Assembly (NCBI GenBank): GCA_044226015.1
Contig: JBGAHS010000004.1
Span: forward strand, 672,001 to 736,000
Length of the DNA: 64,000 nt
Direction: 5' to 3'
Origin: Candidatus Obscuribacteraceae bacterium
Lineage (GTDB): Bacteria; Cyanobacteriota; Vampirovibrionia; Obscuribacterales; Obscuribacteraceae
Both the position numbers and the translations under genes were made by a program. How positions within the stretch are numbered: the first letter of the stretch is position 1; each line of letters begins with the position of its first letter. Below the pieces are notes generated by a model. It saw only the letters and a list, made by a program, of their open reading frames with translations, searched no databases and was not told where the DNA came from. Below, in pieces: positions 1-9,689 of the stretch.

Positions 1-910
1 TAAGATTCTGCCCATGCAGAAAGAAGACTTTATCGGAATATTCAAGGCAATGGCTGGTTTGCCAGTGACAATCCGCTTGTTGGATCCGCCTCTGCATGAG
101 TTCCTGCCTAAATACGAGGAACTTATCGAAGAGATTGCCACGATGAAAGCTAAGGGCATCAAGGGCGCAGAATTGCGTGAAAAAGAGCAGCTGTTTGAGA
201 AAGTAGGCGCACTCAAAGAATCGAATCCGATGATGGGATTGCGCGGTTGCAGGCTGGGTTTGACACATCCAGAAATCAACCGTATGCAAGTTCAAGCAAT
301 TTTTGAAGCCGCCATTGCGGTGAAGAAAGAAGGGCTGGAAGTATACCCTGAAATCATGATCCCCCTCATCGGTCATGTCAACGAGCTCAAACTTTCACGT
401 GCCATGCTTGAGGCTACCGCAAAGGAAGTGATGGACCGGGAAAACGTTCAAATCGATTATAAGTTTGGAACCATGATTGAAATCCCGCGTGCATGCGTGA
501 CCGCAAATGAAATTGCGGAGTATGCTGAGTTCTTCAGCTTCGGAACTAACGATCTGACCCAGATGACATTCGGTTACAGCCGCGATGATGCTGAAGGAAA
601 ATTCTTGCAAAAGTATTTGGAAGGGCTTGAGTGGAACGGTTCGCACCACAAGATCTTGACTCAAAATCCCTTTGAGGCTTTGGATCAAAATGGTGTTGGT
701 AAACTTATGAAGATAGCCGTTGAATATGGCTTACAAACCAGACCGGATCTAAAGCTAGGCATTTGTGGTGAACATGGAGGCGAGTCTTCATCAATCGCCT
801 TTGCTCACCAGATTGGTTTGGCGTATGTGAGTTGTTCGCCGTATCGGGTGCCACCAGCTCGACTAGCTGCTGCTCAAGCTACGATCAGCGGAGAAGAAAA
901 GGACAAATAG
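1..910 (+). CDS. ppdK: pyruvate, phosphate dikinase, C-terminal part (5' truncated by the window)
   Basis: Motifs TIRLLDPPLHEFLP, ESNPMMGLRGCRLG, GTMIEIPRA, FFSFGTNDLTQ and GICGEHGG; the frame is open back to base 2. Confidence 0.95.
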   Translation, partial: KILPMQKEDFIGIFKAMAGLPVTIRLLDPPLHEFLPKYEELIEEIATMKAKGIKGAELREKEQLFEKVGALKESNPMMGLRGCRLGLTHPEINRMQVQAIFEAAIAVKKEGLEVYPEIMIPLIGHVNELKLSRAMLEATAKEVMDRENVQIDYKFGTMIEIPRACVTANEIAEYAEFFSFGTNDLTQMTFGYSRDDAEGKFLQKYLEGLEWNGSHHKILTQNPFEALDQNGVGKLMKIAVEYGLQTRPDLKLGICGEHGGESSSIAFAHQIGLAYVSCSPYRVPPARLAAAQATISGEEKDK

Positions 911-916
911 GATAGT

Positions 917-1270
917 GATCCGCTGCGGTGTGATTTGGGGCTGCGGCGGGATTGGGCTGCGGCGGATTGAAGCTGCTGCTGTGTGATTTGGAGCTGCGGC
1001 GGATTGAAGCTGCGGCGGATTGAAGCTGCTGCGGATTGAAGCTGCTGCGGGATTGGGCTGCGGCGGCGGGATTGCTCCCTGCCGGATACTAGATATAGGC
1101 GCTTTGGTTGGGTATGGCAGCAAATCCAATTCGAACAGGTTAGCTCCAGAATTGTTGCCTGCTGGGAGCCTGCGGACGGATTGATTCCTGCGGGATTGCT
1201 CTCTGCTGGATTGATCCCTGCGGGATTGCGGCGGCTGCCGGATTGCTCTCTGCGGGATACTATACAGGCG
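917..1270. repeat. degenerate short tandem repeat tract (GCTGCGGCGGATTG-like) plus a partial copy of the neighbouring kinase 3' end
   Basis: Many gctgcggcggattg(aa)/gcgggattg units; 1112-1164 nearly matches 1314-1366. Confidence 0.8.
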
Positions 1271-1310
1271 CTTTGGCTGACTGAGGCTGCATGTCCTGTT
1301 AAAGCCGCAC

Positions 1311-3422
1311 TCAGTATGGCAGCAAATCCAATTCGAACAGTTTTGCCCCAGAATTGTTGCCTGCTGAATTGTTGCCTGCTGATTTACTCTCTGCCGGATT
1401 GCTACTGCTCTTCTTTAGCTCTGTAAGCTTTCTCTTTGCCATATCTCGGAGCACGCCAAATTCATCAAGAACACTCGGTTCAGCAAGGAATATCTCAGCT
1501 TTGTCAAAATCACCATCCTCGCAACACAAATATGCGTGAAACAACAGATTGGTGTCAGACCGATAGCTGTTTTTGCTCATGATCATAACCGCTTTATCAT
1601 GCTCACCAAGCCGTTCAAAAGTCATAGCCGCATCACAGCGAAATTGACCCTTCTTTGCATTTGAGTAGAAGTCACTCATTTCTTTGTTATCCACACCAAA
1701 TGGTTTCATGATATTTCTTGCTTCGGATATTTGTCCGGTTTGATACATCAATTTTGCTCGTTCTAGCAAATATGCCTGAAACTTAACGTCACCCATTTCC
1801 CCGGAAAGTTGTTGGAGGCAAATCTTTGCCAGATCATAACGCTTGAACATGCGACAAACGCGCGATAGAGATGCAAGATGTCCATTGCTTTTCTGGTTCT
1901 TAATCAGATCTCGTGCAAGCTTCTCATCGTCACAGCTTAGTGCTACTGTTAGCGCGTCAGCATCACCGCCATAGGGGCACTCTGCTATGATTCGTGCGGC
2001 TTTGAGTGCGTCTTGCGGTCGTCCTTCTCGCAGGTAGATCTGGCACAAAAATCCGAGACTTTGCCAGTATGCATCCTTTTCTAAATCATCCGTGATCCAT
2101 TCCTGTGGGGTGTAGGGCTTAGTCATTCTCACCACATCTTCGAGTAGGGGCTTCGCGACCTTGTATCTTGTAGCTTCATAGCAGGCATATCCAACTTGAT
2201 ACATTGCCTTGGGATAGAGCGACTTCTTACGTTCCATAGGCATTCTTCTGAAGATCTCTAGCATCGTTTTGATCAAGTCTTTATTATCATTAACCCCATG
2301 TTGTTTGAAGAAAATGAGTAGCGATTGAATTTTGTAAGTATCAGTGGTTTCCTTGTCGTCCAGAATCTTTTGTATGGCTTCTTTTGGGCTATCTTTCGGA
2401 ATTACTGACCGAACCGCACTTGCTTTTTCTTTTGAAAAATTCGCAAACTTGACAATGCTAACTGCACTCACAACGAGCAGTGCCACTGAAAGTGGTATTA
2501 GCAGTAGCTGTTTTGGAATTGTGTTTTGACTGCGTGATTCGGACTTTTGTGCGCTGTCTCTAGCAAGCTCGATTAGTGAATTGAGCTCTTCTTCCATCTC
2601 GGCGGCATTCTGAAAACGTTTGTCAGGATCCTTCTGTAGTCCTTTTTGAAAAAAGTCGTTAATTGCTTTATTTTGTTTTGGAGAAGCCATTGGCGGCGCA
2701 AGTGGAACAGTTGCATTCACTTGTTTGTACATAATTTCCATGGGATTTTCGGAGGCGTATGGAGCTTTTCCTGTAAACATTTCGAATATGCAGATGACCA
2801 GGGAGTATAGATCAGAGCGTGGGTCTGCTTTCTGACCCTTACATTGTTCGGGGCTCATGTATGCTACGGAACCGATTAAAGTACCCGTACTAGTCAATTT
2901 TTGTACATCACTTGCAGTTGCAATCTTGACCAATCCGAAATCAATGATTTTGATCTGGTTCTGCTCCAAACCATCAACAAAAACGATGTTGTCTGGTTTC
3001 AAATCCCGGTGAATTACGCCTTCGCTATGCATATACTTTAGCGCCGAACATATCTGCATTGCCACATTCAACACTATAGTCAGTGGCATGGCGCCATGTT
3101 CATTCAAATGTTTGCGAATTGATGTGCCCCTGATTAGTTCCATAGCCAGATAGGGGACATCAGCAGATGATAGTCCAAGATGATAAACGGTTACGATGTT
3201 CTCGTGGTGTAGGCGACTAAGTGCTTGTCCTTCTCGCTTAAATCTTGCTGTGAACTCTTCATCATCGGCAAAATTTGAATGCAATATCTTCAGCGCTATA
3301 AACCTTTCGCCGTCTAACTGTTTTGCTTTGAAAACAGTCCCGATTCCGCCTGCGCCAAGTATTTCAAGCAACTCGTAACGTTGCTCAAATAATTCGCCAG
3401 GTTTTGCTGTCGTATCTGTCAT
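1311..3422 (-). CDS. membrane-anchored Ser/Thr protein kinase with C-terminal helical/TPR-like domain
   Basis: GAGGIG, IALK, HRDLKPDN, DFG and YMSPE motifs; hydrophobic helix LLLIPLSVALLVVSAV. Confidence 0.92.
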   Translation of the reverse strand: MTDTTAKPGELFEQRYELLEILGAGGIGTVFKAKQLDGERFIALKILHSNFADDEEFTARFKREGQALSRLHHENIVTVYHLGLSSADVPYLAMELIRGTSIRKHLNEHGAMPLTIVLNVAMQICSALKYMHSEGVIHRDLKPDNIVFVDGLEQNQIKIIDFGLVKIATASDVQKLTSTGTLIGSVAYMSPEQCKGQKADPRSDLYSLVICIFEMFTGKAPYASENPMEIMYKQVNATVPLAPPMASPKQNKAINDFFQKGLQKDPDKRFQNAAEMEEELNSLIELARDSAQKSESRSQNTIPKQLLLIPLSVALLVVSAVSIVKFANFSKEKASAVRSVIPKDSPKEAIQKILDDKETTDTYKIQSLLIFFKQHGVNDNKDLIKTMLEIFRRMPMERKKSLYPKAMYQVGYACYEATRYKVAKPLLEDVVRMTKPYTPQEWITDDLEKDAYWQSLGFLCQIYLREGRPQDALKAARIIAECPYGGDADALTVALSCDDEKLARDLIKNQKSNGHLASLSRVCRMFKRYDLAKICLQQLSGEMGDVKFQAYLLERAKLMYQTGQISEARNIMKPFGVDNKEMSDFYSNAKKGQFRCDAAMTFERLGEHDKAVMIMSKNSYRSDTNLLFHAYLCCEDGDFDKAEIFLAEPSVLDEFGVLRDMAKRKLTELKKSSSNPAESKSAGNNSAGNNSGAKLFELDLLPY

Positions 3423-4297
3423 CTTCCACCTCTGGTTTTATGCCCGAAAATGGACGATGTTTTACCATGCTACAATTTGGACTAATGCTAATCAGATTCA
3501 CATTGCTGCTGTCGTTAATTATTCTCTGCACAAATACTGTGCTGGCAGATTCCTCTTCTAGCCCAACAAAGCTGCGTTTATCTGCTGACCAGGCTACTGA
3601 AGTCGGGCATAAGGTATGGATGAATGAATGTGGTGGCAGAGTTGATGGATTGACTTCATGGAATGTGGGCGAAGAATTTCCTTCTTTGGGTATTGGACAT
3701 TTCATTTGGTATCCTGAAGGTGTTAAGGGACCTTTTGTTGAGCGCTTTCCCGATGTGGTGAAGTTTCTCAGGGCGCATGGGGCTGAGCCTCCATCTTGGC
3801 TTAAGGATGACATGGCTTGCCCATGGAAATCGCGTGAGGAGTTCCTTGCCGAGCAGCAATCACCGAAGATGGTTGAATTGCGGAACTTTCTCAGCGCTAC
3901 AGTGGCGTTGCAAACTGATTATCTGATTCAACGATTGGAAAATGCTCTTCCAAAAATGCTTGAGAAATCTGAGCCAGCAAATCGCAAGAAAATAAAAAAA
4001 CAGTTTGAAAGAGTCCTCAATAGCGGCGCCGCTGGGGCTTTTGAACTTATCGATTACGTAAATTTCAAAGGGGAAGGCGTAGCTGAAACAGAGCGCTACA
4101 AAGGACAGGGCTGGGGAATGCTGCAGGTCCTTGAGCTAATGGACGAAACTGGTGACCCCGTTTCGTCTTTTTCCGAAGGTGCTAAAAAGGCTCTGACTCG
4201 GCGAGTGCAAAATTCTCCTCCAGCAAGGCATGAAGAGCGGTGGCTGCCTGGTTGGACCAGGCGAATCAACGCGTATGTTGTGAAATCTCCAAAGTAA
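3404..4297 (+). CDS. secreted conserved hypothetical protein, possibly lysozyme-like (true start probably 3467-3485)
   Basis: Signal-peptide-like MLIRFTLLLSLIILC; NECGG...SLGIGHF and a C-terminal GWTRR motif. Confidence 0.7.
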   Translation: MLSYLSSSTSGFMPENGRCFTMLQFGLMLIRFTLLLSLIILCTNTVLADSSSSPTKLRLSADQATEVGHKVWMNECGGRVDGLTSWNVGEEFPSLGIGHFIWYPEGVKGPFVERFPDVVKFLRAHGAEPPSWLKDDMACPWKSREEFLAEQQSPKMVELRNFLSATVALQTDYLIQRLENALPKMLEKSEPANRKKIKKQFERVLNSGAAGAFELIDYVNFKGEGVAETERYKGQGWGMLQVLELMDETGDPVSSFSEGAKKALTRRVQNSPPARHEERWLPGWTRRINAYVVKSPK

Positions 4298-4425
4298 TTG
4301 CTTCTTTGCTCAGGTAACGCATTTATTGCTGCATGTAGAGTTTTAAAGTGGTATTTCGTTTTCGTTTGAGAAGCCCAGTACGTTTCGGTCAAGGTCGAAG
4401 AAATGGACTGGCAGCTTTTGGCACG

Positions 4426-4786
4426 GAGTAACAACTCAAGCGGTACCGATTCGGTGTAGCAACTAAAGCGGTACCGATTCGGTGTAGCAACTAAAGCGGT
4501 ACCGATTCGGTGTAGCAACTAAAGCGGTACCGATTCGGTGTAGCAACTAAAGCGGTACCGATTCGGTGTAGCAACTAAAGCGGTACCGTTTCGGAGTAGC
4601 AACTAAAGCGGTGCCGTTTCGGAGTAGCAACTAAAGCGGTACCGTTTCGGTGTAGCAACAAAAGCGGTAGCGTTTCGGTGTAGCAACTTAAGCGGTAGCG
4701 TTTCGGTGTAGCAACTAAAGCGGTACCGTTTCGGTGTAGCAACAAAAGCGGTAGCGTTTCGGTGTAGCAACTAAAGCGGTAGCGTT
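4426..4786. repeat. CGGTACCG-family tandem array, 28-bp unit, about 13 copies
   Basis: Unit GTAGCAACTAAAGCGGTACCG(A/T)TTCGGT, between convergent genes. Confidence 0.95.
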
Positions 4787-4804
4787 GTGGAATTTCTGTG
4801 CGGA

Positions 4805-5380
4805 CTATTTTTCTGCGCCCCACTCTCGTTCAATTCTTTTTCTGGTTCGTTCCATCAAGCGGGTGATGCTGTCAATAGATTCTGTCTCGTTTGTGATGGC
4901 TTCTTTGTCATATTTTGGAATTGTTTTTCCATCCACTCGGATTAGTTTATCTAGTTCTTTAATTTCATCTCGGAGCATCTGAAATTGCTGGTTAAGCTCA
5001 GCGAAGTCTTTTATGGCATTACTGCCACCCTTCTTTATGTCATTTCCAAGCAGCCCTAAATCGATCTGCAACATTGAGTTATTCACTTGCATATCAATCA
5101 TAGATTTTTCCACTGTCACCGGGTTTGGTGGCAGATATTCCACGTGGCATCGAGGGCTCGGCGGCGGCGGATCGCACACAAGCCGAATCTTGTTCATTTC
5201 TCCACCAATCACATTATCTGATGTTTTCATGCGTGAAATGTCGTCATGAATGCGTTGCAGCGTTGTGGCTGACTCGTTATCAATCTGACCAGCTTGCCCC
5301 GAAGTATTATGTTCAAGATTTGTATTCATATCAAACCGCCCTAGTTTTGCCCTTGGAAAGATGTTAAGCAGTCCACCCAA
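4805..5380 (-). CDS. hypothetical protein (start probably ~5329)
   Basis: 191-aa ORF with helical C-terminus, co-oriented with the upstream gene. Confidence 0.6.
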   Translation of the reverse strand: MGGLLNIFPRAKLGRFDMNTNLEHNTSGQAGQIDNESATTLQRIHDDISRMKTSDNVIGGEMNKIRLVCDPPPPSPRCHVEYLPPNPVTVEKSMIDMQVNNSMLQIDLGLLGNDIKKGGSNAIKDFAELNQQFQMLRDEIKELDKLIRVDGKTIPKYDKEAITNETESIDSITRLMERTRKRIEREWGAEK

Positions 5381-5514
5381 ATCTGTCAGCCGTGGAAATA
5401 CCTACAGCTAGAGGGCTCGCGAAGTTAGCGTTAACCGGGTTCGCTTTTAGCATTTGCCTTATGGGGTGTGTTATTTCTGGCGTCCTGAATGACACGGGGT
5501 CATTTCCTGGAATT

Positions 5515-6834
5515 TCATTTATTTGAAGGAGCTGGACTGGGCGGCGTGCCGTTCTTCTTTGCTGGGGCGCTAGCAGGGGCTGGATTAGCGGTCGAAGTGG
5601 ATTTAGGTGAATTGCCTGTGGACCCCATAGAACCAGCTGTGGGAGGTTTAGGCTGTGCGTTGGGTGTTGCAGCTGGCGGAGGAGCCACATTCGACTTCGG
5701 TGGCGCCTTTGTTGGAGGCTTGCGCTTGGGCTCAACAGGCTTCGGAGGCGGTGGAACGTTCTTTTCGAATCCGGAATCGCCCTGTTTCGCCTTCAGAGTT
5801 CCAGCATTCCTCATGATCTCCCCAAAAATAGATGATGCTTTTTCGCCATGGGAATTCAAATTCTTGATCAGTTCGTGTATCTGAGTTAGATGGTCGATGC
5901 TAATTTCTGAAACTACGAATTTGCCGCCTTCAAACGCCTTAAAATCTCGTCGACCGACTGAGTCTGGCGGTTTAACATCTTCCATCGTCAATGTTTCTGT
6001 GCCGATGAGCAGTTCGTAAGCTGGTCCTATTGAAACAGCACCACTTTCGATACCATCGTAAGTGTTCTGTTTGCGCTTGCCTTTCTTGCGATTCATTTGC
6101 TGAAGCTTGCCAGCATGACCCCAAGGCGAGCTCACCCATAGCTTGTCATGCATGTTTAGAAAAACGGTATCACTGTTGGTGCACAAATTGACAATCCGAA
6201 GAGTGTCATTTTCGCCTCGTTCAACGAGTGCGTCGCCGCCGGCTAATACACATACATCACCGAATTTGGTTGCGACCAGCACCATATCAGACGGACGGCG
6301 GACGGAGACTAGTAATGGACCTTCTTCTAACCAAATAGACAATGGTGAAAGCAAGTCGTAGCGTGTATCTTTGAGCGCATGAAGCAGGACGCCCGCCGGA
6401 CTGCCATGGATATCGATTGCAGATGGGAAGTTACGCCCGCTGTTTGATTGAACTCCGCTAACGGAATTCAGTCCATCGTTACTGATAATCGGAAACGGAA
6501 GGGTAGATTTATCAGCCGCAGCGTCTGATTTGCTGTCCGCAGATTTAGCTCCGGCCCCAGTTCTTGCTGAATCTGGTTTTGGTAAGGATTGCGCAGAGCT
6601 GGTCTTGCCGGGTGGTTCACCCATTGCAGACTTCGACGAAGTTGCAGGTGAAGACGCAGCAACAGGTTCGAGCCCTGATTTCTTATTGTCACTTTGCTGA
6701 GCTTGTGCTCCAATTTGAGCTAAAGCAATTGACAATGTGAACGCAAAAAGGACTCTTTTAAAATTCTGCTGATTTAGACGGAATAAGGGATTGCCGTCAT
6801 CAAACAGCCTCGGATTTTGCTTCCCCGAACCCAA
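5515..6834 (-). CDS. secreted hypothetical protein with FecR-like beta region and Pro-rich tail
   Basis: Signal-like VLFAFTLSIALAQ; WLEEGPLLVSV...VATKFGDVCV resembles FecR strands; Pro/Lys-rich C-terminus. Confidence 0.6.
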   Translation of the reverse strand: MGSGKQNPRLFDDGNPLFRLNQQNFKRVLFAFTLSIALAQIGAQAQQSDNKKSGLEPVAASSPATSSKSAMGEPPGKTSSAQSLPKPDSARTGAGAKSADSKSDAAADKSTLPFPIISNDGLNSVSGVQSNSGRNFPSAIDIHGSPAGVLLHALKDTRYDLLSPLSIWLEEGPLLVSVRRPSDMVLVATKFGDVCVLAGGDALVERGENDTLRIVNLCTNSDTVFLNMHDKLWVSSPWGHAGKLQQMNRKKGKRKQNTYDGIESGAVSIGPAYELLIGTETLTMEDVKPPDSVGRRDFKAFEGGKFVVSEISIDHLTQIHELIKNLNSHGEKASSIFGEIMRNAGTLKAKQGDSGFEKNVPPPPKPVEPKRKPPTKAPPKSNVAPPPAATPNAQPKPPTAGSMGSTGNSPKSTSTANPAPASAPAKKNGTPPSPAPSNK

Positions 6835-6974
6835 TGCACCCTCTTACTAAGTACGCCTACCCAGTATCATACTACTCTGTTCACATACCTTTTCCAGCCC
6901 TAATTGAATCAATTTCTTGCTTATCCTGGTCCTTGACGTGGCAAAATTAATCTAGTGAGGTTCTAAATTATCAA

Positions 6975-9530
6975 GTGTCAAACCTAGTTGAGGACTTTCT
7001 TCGTGCACTAACTCGGACCATGAATGGTGATCCGTTTCCGGCACCTCCTGCGAAATATCGACCGATAAGATATCGAGTAATTGCACTTCGCGATCCACTT
7101 CAAGATTGTTTGCTAGCAGGTAGATATCGAATTGCTTCTCGTCTTGGCAAAGGCGCGATGGCGATTGTTTACAAAGCAATTCAAGAGCCAATTGATCGCG
7201 TGGTTGCGATCAAGATTTTGAACCACAGTTTTATTAACGATCAATACGCTGTAAAAAGATTCAAACTCGAAGCCAAGACGCTAAGTGCATTAAGACACAA
7301 AAATATTTTAAGTGTTCACGACCTTGGCAACACTGAAGACGGACAGCCGTTTTTTGTGATGGAATTTCTTGACGGGATTTCGCTGGAGCGCTTGATCGAA
7401 AATCGTGGTCCCGTTCCTGTGGCTAGAGCTGTACCCATTTTTGCGCAGATATGTGATGGACTTTCGTATGCACACAATGAAGGAGTAATTCATAGAGATC
7501 TAAAACCTGCCAATGTAATGTTGGTAGCAGAAGAAAATCATGATGAGATCGTGAAACTTGTTGACTTTGGCATAGTTAAGGTCAGTCGCAAATCACAGTT
7601 ACTTTCGCAACAGCTCACGCGCCAGGGCGAGATTTGGGGAAGTCCAATCTACATGAGTCCTGAGCAATGCATGGGTACTTCAATTGATGCAAGGTCCGAC
7701 ATTTACTCGTTGGGACTTTTGATGTATGAAACATTGCTAGGAGTTCCTGCGGTTTCTGGTGGCAACATAGCTCAAATAGTGACTGCTCAGATGTCGAAGA
7801 TGCCGTGTTCCTTTAAAGAAGCTGTGCCAGCTCTGCGTATTCCTGAAGCTTTGGAGGAAATAGTTTTCAGAACTCTTGCGAAAAAGCCTGAAGAACGATT
7901 CCGAAGCATGGCTGAGGTGAAAGCTTCTTTAGAGGCTTTCGCGGGCCCTTACGGAATAAAGTTACGAAAGACGACGGGTGTCACTAGCCAGAGTAATCGT
8001 TCCTACTCTGGTGGCGCCGGCGGTGCTGGCAATGTGGCGTATTCAGCGTCAGTAAGAAATGAGGATTTCGGTGTTCCATCAGGGAGCCCCGCTGTCAACC
8101 AGCGTTCAGCGACTGCGGGAGAACAGCCTGTACATGGGACAGCGAACCAATCTGTACCTGATGGTCTATCGGGAGGAAATTTGAGCAGCTCGCGTCCTGG
8201 TGTAGCATCTTCAAATTCGCAGCTGGGCGCTCCTCAAGCAAGTCAACCGATACATGGAGGCGTAAATCAGGGGCATCAGCCAGGTGCTGGGCTTCCGGGA
8301 CAGCCGGGAGGCGTGAATCAGAGTCATCAACACGGACGCGTGAATCCTGGGCAGCGGGGTGGCGTGAATCCTGGGCAGCAGGGCGGTCTAGAGGCGGGAC
8401 AGCAACAAGGTGTTGCGCATCCAGGTTCTCCATCTCCACGCTCTGACGATAGCAATATACCTGGGACTGGACAATCCAGTATACGAACTGAATTGGCGGG
8501 CGCGTCGCAAAAGTCTGATACCGCATACAGTGGCGATCCGTTTGCGGGTACCCATGTTCAAGCTAATCCTAGATATACGTCGACCAATCACAAAATTGAA
8601 GCAGCCAAGCACAAGCATGAAATGGATTCCATGCTTGCAATTCTTGTCGGATTAGGTCTGGTAGTCCTTGGTGGGGCTGTAAGTATTCAGTTCTTTGCAG
8701 GCAACTCGAAAATTCCTTTTTTGAACCAAAAAACAACACAGAATAAATCTTCAACCAAGATAGATGGTAAAGGCAACCCGGGGCACAATTCGCAGAATCT
8801 GGATGTGAATGCAAACAAAAAAGATGCCCCTCTAGACAAAACTGCAGCGGGAGACAAAACCGCAGAGGGCGACAAAACCGCAGAGGGCGACAAAACCGCA
8901 GAGGGCGACAAAACCGCAGAGGGCGACAAAACCGCAGAGGACAGCCAGAACGACAAGAGTTTTAATGATGAAAAATCTACTAAAGTTGATTCATCTTCAT
9001 CTGACGCCATGGTGACTACGAAAAAGGATGCTGATGCCGGAGATTTTGCAGCGGATAACATTAATCTGCGAACAGGAGAAATCTTGAGCCCGAATAAAAA
9101 TCAGCAGGCGGTGGGTCAGGAAAATCGAATCCTAGAAGATCGGCTAAAGAAAGAAAGTGCGAAAGAAGCGCAAGAATCGAGGGCAGAAAAATCCAGAGAA
9201 ATTGCGCGATTACAGCGAGAAAAAGAAAAACTCGAAAGAGCAAAAGAAAAGCAGATAATGTTAGAACGAAATCACGAAAAGAATTCTGCAAAAAACAAAA
9301 AGGATGAGGGGTCCGAATTCACTGAGTTGAAATCAAGCGAGCATCATGGCGACTGGAAGAAGCAGATTAGCAATATGGTAGATGATGCAGGTAAGAAGCC
9401 TGTACATAAGCGCAAACAAAATGTTTCGGCTGACAGTGATGAAGCCTTTCTGGAAGGGATCCATCTCAAGCGCCATCATACCGACGCAACTCAACAATGG
9501 CTTGATGTCCAACAAAGAGAACGCGAGTAA
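6975..9530 (+). CDS. membrane-anchored Ser/Thr protein kinase with long low-complexity linkers
   Basis: GKGAMA, VAIK, HRDLKPAN, DFG and YMSPE motifs; TM segment AILVGLGLVVLGGAV. Confidence 0.92.
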   Translation: MSNLVEDFLRALTRTMNGDPFPAPPAKYRPIRYRVIALRDPLQDCLLAGRYRIASRLGKGAMAIVYKAIQEPIDRVVAIKILNHSFINDQYAVKRFKLEAKTLSALRHKNILSVHDLGNTEDGQPFFVMEFLDGISLERLIENRGPVPVARAVPIFAQICDGLSYAHNEGVIHRDLKPANVMLVAEENHDEIVKLVDFGIVKVSRKSQLLSQQLTRQGEIWGSPIYMSPEQCMGTSIDARSDIYSLGLLMYETLLGVPAVSGGNIAQIVTAQMSKMPCSFKEAVPALRIPEALEEIVFRTLAKKPEERFRSMAEVKASLEAFAGPYGIKLRKTTGVTSQSNRSYSGGAGGAGNVAYSASVRNEDFGVPSGSPAVNQRSATAGEQPVHGTANQSVPDGLSGGNLSSSRPGVASSNSQLGAPQASQPIHGGVNQGHQPGAGLPGQPGGVNQSHQHGRVNPGQRGGVNPGQQGGLEAGQQQGVAHPGSPSPRSDDSNIPGTGQSSIRTELAGASQKSDTAYSGDPFAGTHVQANPRYTSTNHKIEAAKHKHEMDSMLAILVGLGLVVLGGAVSIQFFAGNSKIPFLNQKTTQNKSSTKIDGKGNPGHNSQNLDVNANKKDAPLDKTAAGDKTAEGDKTAEGDKTAEGDKTAEGDKTAEDSQNDKSFNDEKSTKVDSSSSDAMVTTKKDADAGDFAADNINLRTGEILSPNKNQQAVGQENRILEDRLKKESAKEAQESRAEKSREIARLQREKEKLERAKEKQIMLERNHEKNSAKNKKDEGSEFTELKSSEHHGDWKKQISNMVDDAGKKPVHKRKQNVSADSDEAFLEGIHLKRHHTDATQQWLDVQQRERE
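8835..8942 (+). repeat. in-frame 18-bp tandem repeat encoding (DKTAEG)n, about 6 units
   Basis: gacaaaaccgcagagggc repeated. Confidence 0.9.
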
Positions 9531-9540
9531 TTTTGACAAT

Positions 9541-9625
9541 TAACGGAAACGGTACCGCTTGATAGACAATGGAAACGGTACCTCTTGAGTAGATAACGGA
9601 AACGGTACCGTTTGAGTTGCTAACC
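9541..9625. repeat. CGGTACCG-family degenerate array, 3 units
   Basis: Three GGAAACGGTACC.. cores between convergent genes. Confidence 0.85.
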
Positions 9626-9689
9626 CAAAGATACCTCTTTAATTCTCTTCCAGCTGAAGCGGAACATTCGGCGCAACTGACCTATGAGT

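Noticed and set aside
4426..4786. Classical GTAG-type REP assignment
   Set aside because: GTAG precedes the palindrome only in this array; sister arrays have TTAG, CTAG or TCAG, and no RAYT gene is in the window
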